From Pseudomonadota bacterium (lineage in GTDB: Bacteria; Desulfobacterota; JADFVX01): a stretch of DNA of 33,315 nucleotides. Numbering within the stretch: position 1 is the stretch's first letter; each line of letters starts with the position of its first letter. Where the stretch lies: assembly GCA_015222555.1 (NCBI GenBank), contig JADFVM010000169.1, forward strand, positions 1-33,315, given 5' to 3'. This document shows, piece by piece, positions 1 through 8,775 of the stretch. The notes under the pieces are model-generated. The model was not told the DNA's origin and did no database searches. It saw nothing but the letters and a program-made list of their open reading frames with translations. The translations under genes and the position numbers were made by a program.

Positions 1-194
1 ATCGCTGTTTGACAAGTAAGGGCGAATGTGATCGGGACGAGCTCTGTTCGGCCCATCCGGTCTGGAGGGAAGCTCAGACGGCGCTGGTGGAGGTCCTCGA
101 AAAATATACAGCTAAAGCGCTGGCAGAAAAGCAGAAAAAGTCAATGGAAAAATACCAAACTCCGGATAGAGAAAAGGCTGTGGAAAAAAAATGA
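1..194 (+). CDS. Rrf2-family transcriptional regulator, C-terminal part (5' end outside the window)
   Basis: The frame is open from the window edge: RCLTSKGECDRDELCSAHPVWREAQTALVEVLEKYT. Three spaced Cys followed by H-P-V-W and an amphipathic helix match the Rrf2 Fe-S-binding C-terminus. Confidence 0.75.
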   Translation, partial: RCLTSKGECDRDELCSAHPVWREAQTALVEVLEKYTAKALAEKQKKSMEKYQTPDREKAVEKK

Positions 195-280
195 ATCCAT
201 TTTGGTTAATGGAACATAGAAGATATTAGGGACACATCCCAATAAAAAAGGAATGGATTTATTTGCTATCAATGCCCTGG

Positions 281-301
281 ATTCCCGATCCCGTCGGGAA
301 T
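281..301. repeat. REP-like short palindrome
   Basis: ATTCCCGA-tcccg-TCGGGAAT: an 8-bp stem with a 5-nt loop, between convergent genes. Single copy in the window. Confidence 0.4.
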
Positions 302-524
302 GATTTAAACCCTGCCCCCTCTGCGCCCCCATACCTTAAGCGGGAGGGACAGAGACTGCCAGGTACATATCCGATCTTAATCTTTTTTTTTAAAGGCGGG
401 AGAAAGAGCAGGATAAAATCACTTTTTTGAAATCACCGCTATCTCCCCCGCCCCTGCCGGTTTACTGCTTCCATTTGCACCCCGTTATCTTTCAATAAAC
501 ATCAATGCTATAATTTTAAACAGA

Positions 525-611
525 TTAGACTACCATGCTGACTGCCAGTATCGCAGGGTACGCTACGATAAAACCAAGAAATAATACTATGTCGAAAGCG
601 TTGTTCTTCAT
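525..611 (-). CDS. Small single-pass membrane peptide (28 aa), absent from the ORF track
   Basis: MKNNAFDIVLFLGFIVAYPAILAVSMVV*. Strong SD (AAGGAGGT) 7 nt before the ATG, and a hydrophobic run of about 21 aa. Confidence 0.7.
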   Translation of the reverse strand: MKNNAFDIVLFLGFIVAYPAILAVSMVV

Positions 612-680
612 GATCGTTACCTCCTTTAGTTTTTTATTCGTCACTTCTGAGGTGAGTCGAACCGGCCTTTTCGTGACCTT

Positions 681-724
681 GTTATAAGCATAATAACGAA
701 TTCAAGATTAAAGGAAGATTAAAG
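681..724 (-). promoter_or_regulatory. Putative response-regulator-dependent promoter for the small peptide gene
   Basis: Minus-strand direct repeat CTTTAATCTT x2 with 11-bp period (724-704), followed by -10-like hexamers TATGCT (692-687) and TATAAC (686-681). Confidence 0.45.
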
Positions 725-829
725 AGGAAAAATATATCTTTTTACCAGGATAAACTGAAATACTTTCTAAGTTATCAAAGGAAGACCGGGACAAGGGGTA
801 TGAAAAGAGGTCTGTTTTAAGCGAAGGTA

Positions 830-2038
830 TTACTCGTACCGGAGCGCTACGATGGGGTCAAGGAGTGACGCCTTTCTTGCCGGGTAAATGCCGAAAAGCA
901 TCCCCACAAAAATTGAAAAGAAGAAGGCAAGGAGAATGGAAAAGGGGGTGATCACCGTTTCCCAGTTGCCAAATTCCGCGATGCCGTAGGCCATGGAAGC
1001 GCCGAGGATTATTCCGATTATCCCCCCGGTGACGGTAATGACGAGTGCCTCTATAAGAAACTGGAGCATAATATCCCGCCGTCTGGCCCCGACGGCCATA
1101 CGGACCCCTATCTCCCTTGTCCTCTCCGTCACAGAGACAAGCATAATATTCATCACCCCGATCCCCCCCACAAGAAGTGAGACAGCGGCAACCCCTCCGA
1201 GAAGAACGGTAAAGGTCTGTCCCGTTTCCTTCAGTGCGGAGATAAACTCCGTGTAGTCCCGGATGCTGAAGTCGGCGTCGGCCCCCGGCTGTATCCTGTG
1301 CCTGATCCTTAAGAGCTTTTCCACCGATTGTTTGACCTCTTCGATCCTGTCGATACTTTCTACCTGGATGTAGATATTCTCCACGTGATTCTGCGAAAAG
1401 AGCCGTTTCTGCGAAGTTGTCAGGGGGATGACTACCTGGTTGTCGGGATCCCGCCAAGAGGTAGCCCCCTTCGACTTCAACACACCGATCACCTGAAAGT
1501 TGGCCCCCTTTACCTTTATCTGCTTCCCGACGGCAATCCCGCCGCCGAAGAGTTCCTCCTTTACCGTCGTACCGAGAACGGCCACCTTGCGTATCAGCTT
1601 GAGATCCTTGCCGTCGATGAAACGCCCCGTCTCGACGGGGAAATTGTTCAGTTCCGAGTATTCGGGGGTAGTCCCGTTGATCGCCGTAGAGGTATTTTTA
1701 TTGGCGTACTTGACCTGGGCCATATTCTGGACGGAAGAACCGACGAGATTAATGCCGCTCACTCCGCGCCGGATCGCCTCGCCATCCTCCATTGTAAGGG
1801 TCGTCACCGTGCCTCTGTGCACATGTCCCACCCTTGCCGAGCCGGGTGATACCCTGAGCAGGTTGGTCCCGAAACGCTGGATCGACTGGGAGACCTGTTT
1901 TTTAGCCCCCTCCCCGATGGAGAGCATAGAGATAATCGCCCCCACACCGATAATAATGCCCAGCATGGTAAGAAAGGAACGCATCTTGTTGGCGCCGATC
2001 CCCCGGAAGGCGATCTTGACCGCCCGCCATAAAAGCAT
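830..2038 (-). CDS. MacB-family ABC transporter permease
   Basis: NKMRSFLTMLGIIIGV start, large periplasmic domain, and GGIGVMNIMLVSVTERTREIGVRMAVGA and YPARKASLLDPIVALRYE motifs. Start placed at MLLWR, just after the ATPase stop. Confidence 0.95.
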   Translation of the reverse strand: MLLWRAVKIAFRGIGANKMRSFLTMLGIIIGVGAIISMLSIGEGAKKQVSQSIQRFGTNLLRVSPGSARVGHVHRGTVTTLTMEDGEAIRRGVSGINLVGSSVQNMAQVKYANKNTSTAINGTTPEYSELNNFPVETGRFIDGKDLKLIRKVAVLGTTVKEELFGGGIAVGKQIKVKGANFQVIGVLKSKGATSWRDPDNQVVIPLTTSQKRLFSQNHVENIYIQVESIDRIEEVKQSVEKLLRIRHRIQPGADADFSIRDYTEFISALKETGQTFTVLLGGVAAVSLLVGGIGVMNIMLVSVTERTREIGVRMAVGARRRDIMLQFLIEALVITVTGGIIGIILGASMAYGIAEFGNWETVITPFSILLAFFFSIFVGMLFGIYPARKASLLDPIVALRYE

Positions 2039-2040
2039 TG

Positions 2041-2724
2041 TCAGGCCTCTCCCTTTAATTTGTCGCTTAGTATGGCGCCGTCGCGTATCTGTATGACGCG
2101 CCTGCACCACTGGGCAATCTCATGTTCATGGGTGACGATGATAATCGTTGTCCCCCTTTCATTCAGCGCCTCAAAGAGGGCCATAATCTCGTCGCCTGTT
2201 TTGGTGTCGAGATTCCCCGTCGGCTCGTCGGCCAGTATCACCGGAGGGGCACAGACGAGGGCGCGGGCAATGGCGACGCGCTGGCGTTCTCCACCGGAAA
2301 GCTGGGTTGGCTTGTGGGTTGCACGGTGGGCCAGGCCCACTTCCTTCAGTGCCTTCAGTGCCCGCTCCGAGGCATTTCGAAATCCTGCATAAATAAGGGG
2401 AAGTTCCACATTCTCTCTGGCCGTGTAACGGCTCAAAAGGTTGAAGGTCTGGAAGACAAAACCAATTTTCCGGTTCCTGATAGAAGCGAGTTCCACCTCG
2501 TTCATACCGGCCACATCGTCATCATCGAGGAGGTAACTGCCGCTGGTGGGGCGATCGAGACAACCGATTATATTCATGAGCGTGCTCTTGCCGCTGCCAG
2601 ACGACCCCATGATTGCAGTAAACTCGCCATTCAGGACATCAAGAGAGATCCCCTTAAGGGCCGCTACTTCCACGTCCCCCATGCTGTAGACCTTGCTTAC
2701 CTCTCTTACCCTGATGAGACTCAT
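2041..2724 (-). CDS. ABC transporter ATP-binding protein (MacB/LolD type)
   Basis: Walker [10 protein letters not shown], signature [15 protein letters not shown], Walker [13 protein letters not shown]-loop VTHE. Confidence 0.97.
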   Translation of the reverse strand: MSLIRVREVSKVYSMGDVEVAALKGISLDVLNGEFTAIMGSSGSGKSTLMNIIGCLDRPTSGSYLLDDDDVAGMNEVELASIRNRKIGFVFQTFNLLSRYTARENVELPLIYAGFRNASERALKALKEVGLAHRATHKPTQLSGGERQRVAIARALVCAPPVILADEPTGNLDTKTGDEIMALFEALNERGTTIIIVTHEHEIAQWCRRVIQIRDGAILSDKLKGEA

Positions 2725-3872
2725 CGTTTTCTTCCCAGCCGCCAGAATCCGCCACTCCTGCCTTTATCCTTCTTTAACTTTGAAAGTTCAATCCTGTCGC
2801 CCTCCTTCAAATCGCCGCTGATCTCTGACAGTATTCCGTCACTTTTGCCAAGGGTGACGGGTGTCCAGACAGTGCCTTCATCATCCAGGCGGTTGACACC
2901 CGTTTCATCCCCCCGAATCTTCACCGCCTCGGCAGGCACAAGGAGTACGGACTGACGCAGATCGTAGAGTATCTCCACATTGGCCGTCATCATCGGCTTG
3001 AGCATGAGGCGCTCCCTGTCAACGACCTCGACGGCGACATCGAAAACGGTAACGGTGCTTTCCACCCGCCCTTTAGGCGCGATGCGCAGCACCCGCCCTT
3101 TAAAATTTTTCTCCGGGTATGCATCGACGGTGATGGACGCCTCCTGCCCCGGCGCGATGCGGCCGATATCCGTCTCGTCCACCATGGTTCCCACGTATAG
3201 CCTGTCAAGGTCGGCCAGGGTAAAAAGAGGGGTCCCCTCCGAGGCTGAGGATAGGGTGGAGGCGATGACCTGCCCCTTTTCCACGTATTTCTTTATGATC
3301 GTTCCCGCAAGGGGCGCCCTGATCTTGGTATCTTTCAGCCTGTCCTTCGCCTCCCTGAGTGACTCACGCGTCCTGATCAGTTCCGCTTCGGCCACCTTGA
3401 CATCGCTCTTCGCACGCTCCTTGGCGATGACGGCGTCGTCCAGCTCCTGCCGGGAGATCACTCCATCGTCAAAGAGCCGTTTTTTCCGATCGAGCCGAAG
3501 TTCGGTATCCTTATGGTTTACTTTTGCCTTTTCGAGCCTTGCCTCAGACATTTTGAGATCCGCATTCGCCTGGTTGACACGTGACTGCTCCGTACCGGGG
3601 TCGAGCTTCACCACTACAGCGTTTTTTTTCAGCAGATCCCCCTCTTCAAAGGGAAAATCGATGATCTCTCCCCCCGCCTTCGACTTGACCTCCACCTCGG
3701 TGTAGGCCGTAACGACACCGGAGGCGGCCACGATAAGGTTCAGGTCTCCACGAATCACCTTGGCCGACACAACCTCCGTCTTTCCCTCCTTTACCTCGGC
3801 AGGGCGAAGCAAAAACACCGCGCCGCCTGCTCCAAGAATCAGGAAGAGCGACAAAAACAACCACTTCTTCAT
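2721..3872 (-). CDS. MacA-like periplasmic adaptor (membrane fusion protein)
   Basis: N-terminal membrane anchor, lipoyl-like half motifs ([21 protein letters not shown]), a coiled-coil hairpin and VDETDIGRI. Overlaps both neighbours by 4 nt. Confidence 0.93.
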   Translation of the reverse strand: MKKWLFLSLFLILGAGGAVFLLRPAEVKEGKTEVVSAKVIRGDLNLIVAASGVVTAYTEVEVKSKAGGEIIDFPFEEGDLLKKNAVVVKLDPGTEQSRVNQANADLKMSEARLEKAKVNHKDTELRLDRKKRLFDDGVISRQELDDAVIAKERAKSDVKVAEAELIRTRESLREAKDRLKDTKIRAPLAGTIIKKYVEKGQVIASTLSSASEGTPLFTLADLDRLYVGTMVDETDIGRIAPGQEASITVDAYPEKNFKGRVLRIAPKGRVESTVTVFDVAVEVVDRERLMLKPMMTANVEILYDLRQSVLLVPAEAVKIRGDETGVNRLDDEGTVWTPVTLGKSDGILSEISGDLKEGDRIELSKLKKDKGRSGGFWRLGRKR

Positions 3873-5422
3873 TTTTTTACAGCCTCCTTCATATCGCCGT
3901 CAGCGATAGCCGCAATCTCGATTTTTTCATCAATCAGGAGTGTCCCTTTCACGCGGGACAGTTCCACCAGTGATTTATTATAGTCGAGAATGGCGTTGAT
4001 TTCCTTACGTCTTGCTTCTTCCAGCTCTTCCTGGTACTGGAGCACATCGTGACTGGTTGAAAGCCCCTCCCTGAATTTGAGTTCCTCCGCCCTGAGCGCC
4101 TCTTGTGCCAGCCGGGTAGCGACCTTCGTCACCTCTATCCGTTTGCTGTTGCTCATGACCTCTCCGATGGCATTGTCTATCTCCACAATGATGTCCTGCT
4201 CAAGGCGCTTAAGGGCAAGAAGGGCCCTTCTTTTTTCGATCTCCGAGATATGCAGGTCATTTTTTGCCGCCCTGTCACCGAGAGGGTAGGTTAAGAAAAC
4301 CCCTAAAGACCATTCGGGATTACCCTCCATATTGCTGAAAGAGTTTCCCAGGCTATTGCCGAGACCGTTAAATCCGTAACTTGCCTCCAGGTCTATCTGC
4401 GGCGCCTTCTGTTTCCTGTAATACCGTATCGATAAGCCCTTCTTTTCCAGATCCAGCTTCGCCTGCTCATAATCGGGACGGCTTAAGAGTCCGTCCCTGA
4501 TACTTTCATCCAGGTCAAGGGCAACGGGGGCAACACTTGGGGAGTCGACAAGAACTAGCCGACTCTTTCTTGCAGCGTAAAGGTCGTCGAAGATCAAACG
4601 CTTCAGCCTGTTTTCCTGTTCCCCCACAATCTTGCCGGCAATAATGACCGATTCCCTTCGCGCCGCAACGCCGGCTTCCGCCTGTATCACCTCCAGCGGG
4701 GAGATCACTTCAGCCCTATACTTTTTACGATTAAGTTCCAGCAAGGACTGGGCAAGATTGAGGGATTCCTTTTTGACCTTCAGGTCCTCAACGGCAAGGA
4801 CATGCTCCCAGTAGGTCTTTTTATAGTCCGCTACCGTATCAATAATGCGCTTTTTTAATTCGCTCAGTGAAATCTCCCTGTTTTTTAGGGCGATACGGAT
4901 GTTGTAAAGGTTGGCATCACTGCCGCTGTTCTTCAGGAGAGGTTGCTTCACCCTGAGCCCGGCAAAGGCATCATGTTCCGGTTCAAAATTATTGAAACTG
5001 TTTTTGGTGCGACTGTTCTCCACTTCGAAGCCATATTCCGTACCATAACCTGTTTTTGCCGAAATACCTGTACTCAAAGTATAATTTTCGGATTCAGCGG
5101 CATCCCGTCCACCGGAAGAAAGAGAGGCACGGGAATTGAGCGGGGTATGAGACTCCAGCCGTGTGACAGAGGCCGAAAAGGAGGGGTCAAGATCTGCCTT
5201 TGCCTTTTCTAACCTGGCGGACTCGATAGAAGGCCCGGACCTTTCAATGCTGATATCGAGGTTATTCTTAAGCAGCAGCACCTTGCCCTCTTCCATGGTC
5301 AGATAAAGGGCATTGTCATTCTGGACAGAATCAGACTGGCTGAATTCTTCAGCAATAATAAGGGAAGGAATAAAAAAAAGAGAGGACAGAAAAAGAAACA
5401 CCTTCATAGGGGGGGATATCAT
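3869..5422 (-). CDS. TolC-family outer membrane efflux protein
   Basis: Signal peptide, NNLDI motif, two OEP-like repeats, EELKFREGLSTSHDVLQYQ. First gene of the export operon, with a GAGG SD. Confidence 0.9.
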   Translation of the reverse strand: MISPPMKVFLFLSSLFFIPSLIIAEEFSQSDSVQNDNALYLTMEEGKVLLLKNNLDISIERSGPSIESARLEKAKADLDPSFSASVTRLESHTPLNSRASLSSGGRDAAESENYTLSTGISAKTGYGTEYGFEVENSRTKNSFNNFEPEHDAFAGLRVKQPLLKNSGSDANLYNIRIALKNREISLSELKKRIIDTVADYKKTYWEHVLAVEDLKVKKESLNLAQSLLELNRKKYRAEVISPLEVIQAEAGVAARRESVIIAGKIVGEQENRLKRLIFDDLYAARKSRLVLVDSPSVAPVALDLDESIRDGLLSRPDYEQAKLDLEKKGLSIRYYRKQKAPQIDLEASYGFNGLGNSLGNSFSNMEGNPEWSLGVFLTYPLGDRAAKNDLHISEIEKRRALLALKRLEQDIIVEIDNAIGEVMSNSKRIEVTKVATRLAQEALRAEELKFREGLSTSHDVLQYQEELEEARRKEINAILDYNKSLVELSRVKGTLLIDEKIEIAAIADGDMKEAVKK

Positions 5423-5672
5423 AACCTCTTCTCCTGTTCAACTTATGATCCAGTATCAAGAGTACTCGATTTCATCTAAAAAAGTAACTTATATGATATT
5501 TTATATCTGATCAAATAGCATCAAATAGTGACGACGACTGTTTTACTGTCCTTTCCGCCTTTAGGGGGGTAACACTGGGGGAAAACCAGGGACACTGCCC
5601 CTATTTATGTGAATAAAATGAAGTAATCAAAAAAGTTCCCGGTAAAATCCCCAAAAAACATTTGACTCTCAC

Positions 5673-5860
5673 ATAAATCCAGCCTGTAAACATTGTCGCC
5701 TCCATGGCACCCACGGTTGTTGAAGGCTGGAAAGCCATTCCTTCAAGGCAATACGATTAGCCGGGATAGTCCCTTCAGCAACAATTTATCCGGACGCTGT
5801 TTTGATACAACTGGAAATTATTTTCTTGTAAATGTCCAGGCCGATGTAATACATTTTCAT
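5673..5860 (-). pseudogene. IS110-family transposase N-terminal remnant
   Basis: MKMYYIGLDIYKKIISSCIKTASG*IVAEGTIPANRIALKEWLSSLQQPW, then a frameshift into GAMEATMFTGWIY. The IGLD and xEAT motifs carry the first two DEDD residues. Internal stop at 5786-5788; truncated. Confidence 0.8.
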
Positions 5861-5989
5861 TTGGTTAAATTCTGGGCGAGGATATCTCGGCCCGGCTGCT
5901 ATTAAAGCATATTTACCATCGGTAGGCGTCCCTTTGCCCGTTACCTATACATTCTAACAGCTGAGCCCATTAACCTCTTGACACCCTGA

Positions 5990-6018
5990 TTGACAAACCG
6001 GAATCTCCAGACTAGAAT
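5990..6018 (+). promoter_or_regulatory. Sigma70-type promoter of the cytochrome gene
   Basis: TTGACA (5990-5995), 17 nt, TAGAAT (6013-6018). AAGGAG SD before the ATG at 6057. Confidence 0.65.
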
Positions 6019-6056
6019 ACAATACATGGAAGCCTATCCTTAAGGAGAAAAAACTC

Positions 6057-6800
6057 ATGAAAAAAATACCATTTTTGTTGTTGGCAATCTCTTATGTCGT
6101 GATCTTTTCCGTCGAAGTGAGAGCCGAAAAGATCACAACCTCGACCGGCTTCAAATACCAGATGCATCAAATATTCGATAGTTACAATCACGTAATGATA
6201 AGTATAAACCTGGAAAAACTGGATATTGCAGACCTCCATCTCGAGGACATGCTGGAAGCTATAAATAACGCGAAAGAGCTTGCCCCGGAAAAAGAGCATG
6301 GGCGCATCCTTGATACCTTCGGTAAGCTTCAGAAGGTAATTGCGGAACTGAGAGCTGCAATGAAGCGCGGCGACCGGCTGACAACCAAGATCTATTCAAT
6401 GGACATGTTTAACGGTTGTATTTACTGCCACAAAAAGTCAAACCTCGATTATCTTTTCAAAACGACGAGGCGCACGACACTTTTCGGGGAGTACATGCAT
6501 AAGGTTTCGGAACATCTGGATCTGGCAAGAATCGAAATAGAAAATGAAAGCGAAGATGAGAGAGTCAAAAAGCATATAAAGCTTATGGCATATTATCTCG
6601 ATCTTCTGAAACCGACTTTTCCGGAAGAGGGCCCATCAGGCATTATCCTGGATAAAAAGGACTTCAGTGAGCGCATCGGTAAGGTCAGGAAAGGACTGGA
6701 CAGGTATGTCACCGGGGAAAAGTTGCCCGACCTTGAGAGTGCGAGGACTTCGCTGAACGCTCTTTGCGTGGCCTGCCACGAGCCGGAGCGCATAAAGTAA
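6057..6800 (+). CDS. Periplasmic diheme c-type cytochrome (tandem class II / cytochrome c'-like helical bundles)
   Basis: Signal peptide ending VRA-E. Two CXXCH motifs (CIYCH, CVACH), each at the C-terminal end of a helical module of about 110 aa. Confidence 0.8.
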   Translation: MKKIPFLLLAISYVVIFSVEVRAEKITTSTGFKYQMHQIFDSYNHVMISINLEKLDIADLHLEDMLEAINNAKELAPEKEHGRILDTFGKLQKVIAELRAAMKRGDRLTTKIYSMDMFNGCIYCHKKSNLDYLFKTTRRTTLFGEYMHKVSEHLDLARIEIENESEDERVKKHIKLMAYYLDLLKPTFPEEGPSGIILDKKDFSERIGKVRKGLDRYVTGEKLPDLESARTSLNALCVACHEPERIK

Positions 6801-7088
6801 GAGAAAATAAACAAGAGAGAAAAGTGCCCCCTGAAAAAAATCATTTGAGCTAGTACAATAGCGACTATTTTTTCTATTTTTGAAAGAGATGGAAAGACTG
6901 TCCTGGCCTGCTCCGGATTTCAGCCCTCCAAGGGTAAACTTGAACAGCAACTATTTAAAGCCGCCCCCCCAACCATAATTCCCTCGCCGGCACAGTGGTG
7001 AGAGAAACCACATTTTCCTTGCCCCTGCCCGATGAAAACAGTATCCTTTCGGATTCCAAGCCCAGAGGGACTGGATAAGTACCTTCAC

Positions 7089-7127
7089 GAAATTATTTTA
7101 TGCCAGAAAAACGCATAAAATAATTTC
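7089..7127. repeat. Perfect 15-bp inverted repeat upstream of rdgC
   Basis: GAAATTATTTTATGC-cagaaaaac-GCATAAAATAATTTC. Confidence 0.8.
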
Positions 7128-7161
7128 TAAGGTTCTAAATCGACTTCAAAGGAGAAACAAA

Positions 7162-8361
7162 ATGGGTATTCTTTCCAACACCGTCAGCATATGTCAATTC
7201 CGGGTAACAGGTGCCCTTCCCGAGGGGGATCTCTACCAGTGGTCTTCAGACCGCTTGGCGGAGAATGCCTTCAAGTCTATCGACAATACGGCCCAAGAAC
7301 TTTCCTTAGGCTGGGTCCATGTCGATGACATGGAGCAGGGCAGTTTCGATACCCCCCGCGCATTCTGGCGCGACAACTATACCGTCTTTACGCTCCGCCG
7401 TGACCAGAGAAAGGCCCCTTCCGTACTTTTAAAGGCCGAAATGGCCAAGGCTGAGAGTGAATTTCTTGCAGCAAACCCGACGTTCAAGAGGGTGCCAAAG
7501 GGGGAGAGGGACAACCTTCGCGACAGGGTCCGCGCCTCCCTCTTTTCCAGGATACTCCCTTCACCAACTACATATGATGCCCTATGGGATCGGAAGAATG
7601 GCATTGTCACATTTACAAGCCTGAGCCCCAAGACTGTAGACCTCTTCGAGGACCTTTTCAGGAAGACATTCGTAGGGCTGAGGCTCGTTATGATCCATCC
7701 CTTAGCGCGTGGAGAAATGGTCCTCGACGATGAGACGGCCACCCTCCTTAAGCAGGCGAACAGGGCCTCTTCGGAGGACGTTGTATCCCTCATCAAAGAG
7801 AACACCTGGCTTGGTATGGACTTCATGCGCTGGCTCATGTATAAGACGATGGAGGACTCATCCGAATACGAGGTGAACCGACCGGGACACTTCATGGAGG
7901 GGGAACCCTATGTGGCCTACATCAACGACCGTCTCATTCTCAAGGGGGCTAGTGAAAGGGGAGTACAGAAGATCTCCGTGGCCGGTCCCCAGGACAACTT
8001 TAGTGAGGTCCGCACCGCCGTGAGGCTCGGGAAGGAGATCACCGAGGCCACAATCTACCTGGAGAGAGAGGAAGAAGAATCCTGGAAGCTCACCCTGAAG
8101 GGGGAGATGTTCCACTTTGCTTCGCTCAAGTCCCCCGCCGTCAGGATAGAGAAGGACGAGGTGACCGACGAAGGGAGTGAAAGGGAGGCCGTCTTCTACG
8201 AGCGGATGTACCTGCTGGAAAAGGGGCTGCAACTCTTCGACAGCCTCTATGCCGATTTCCTCCGTTCAAGGCTCGGCAGCGGATGGGCGAAAGAGGCGGC
8301 TGACATCGAGGAGTGGCTTGCCTCCGATGATGAAAGCAGTAATGGGGGCGGAACTTGCTAA
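7162..8361 (+). CDS. rdgC: Recombination-associated protein RdgC (deltaproteobacterial type)
   Basis: S-x-GWV, FTLRRDQRKAPS, LFSRILPSP...YDALWD, LFEDLFRKTF and LGxDFMRWL motifs. AAGGAG SD. Confidence 0.75.
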   Translation: MGILSNTVSICQFRVTGALPEGDLYQWSSDRLAENAFKSIDNTAQELSLGWVHVDDMEQGSFDTPRAFWRDNYTVFTLRRDQRKAPSVLLKAEMAKAESEFLAANPTFKRVPKGERDNLRDRVRASLFSRILPSPTTYDALWDRKNGIVTFTSLSPKTVDLFEDLFRKTFVGLRLVMIHPLARGEMVLDDETATLLKQANRASSEDVVSLIKENTWLGMDFMRWLMYKTMEDSSEYEVNRPGHFMEGEPYVAYINDRLILKGASERGVQKISVAGPQDNFSEVRTAVRLGKEITEATIYLEREEEESWKLTLKGEMFHFASLKSPAVRIEKDEVTDEGSEREAVFYERMYLLEKGLQLFDSLYADFLRSRLGSGWAKEAADIEEWLASDDESSNGGGTC

Positions 8362-8394
8362 GTGTTTGGAATTTCAGAAACCTCAAAAAATTCA

Positions 8395-8423
8395 TTGACA
8401 CCGGGGCCCCACTACTGTAATTA
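8395..8423 (+). promoter_or_regulatory. Sigma70-type promoter upstream of the leader ORF
   Basis: TTGACA (8395-8400), 17 nt, TAATTA (8418-8423). The -10 match is imperfect. Confidence 0.5.
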
Positions 8424-8432
8424 TTAGAGGCT

Positions 8433-8528
8433 ATGAATAATCAAGTCACAGGCAGAGTGCTTACCGTGCTAAAATCCGCAACCTGGATTTTTCGTACAGG
8501 TGCGCCCGTGGCTTGGAGTGATTTGTAA
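8433..8528 (+). CDS. Putative attenuator leader peptide (31 aa)
   Basis: MNNQVTGRVLTVLKSATWIFRTGAPVAWSDL*, with two Trp codons. Its 3' part (8503-8514) is complementary to the 5' arm of the downstream terminator. Confidence 0.55.
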   Translation: MNNQVTGRVLTVLKSATWIFRTGAPVAWSDL

Positions 8529-8556
8529 CGTAAAGTAAGAATACAACAAAAAACTT

Positions 8557-8594
8557 AAAAAAGGCCGCGGGCGACAACCCCGCGGCCTTTTTTT
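8557..8594 (+). terminator. Intrinsic terminator (attenuator) in the eamA leader
   Basis: GGCCGCGGG-cgacaac-CCCGCGGCC followed by T7 and preceded by an A run. Confidence 0.85.
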
Positions 8595-8775
8595 ATTTAG
8601 TAACTTAGAAATAACATGCTGCTTTTTTTGCAGAAAGTTATTTAGCTTCGCAGAATCGCCCATAGAAGCAATGCTTCGAAGACTTGATTACGTAAAGACA
8701 CTTACACCCCTCAAGGGGGTCTTGTGCCCTGTGGGTATACTAAAAAGAGTCCAGTTCATCTGGTGGGCTAAGAAA

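Noticed and set aside
858-3705. Long alternative-frame and antisense ORFs (e.g. 858-1457, 1500-2096, 2122-2955, 2980-3705)
   Set aside because: They shadow well-supported ABC export genes and show no recognisable motifs.
5693-5905. 70-aa plus-strand ORF
   Set aside because: It is the antisense of the IS110 remnant.
8340-8361. RdgC C-terminus GGGTC as a ubiquitin-like GG substrate for MoeB
   Set aside because: There is no beta-grasp domain, the GG is not terminal, and no JAB protease is nearby.
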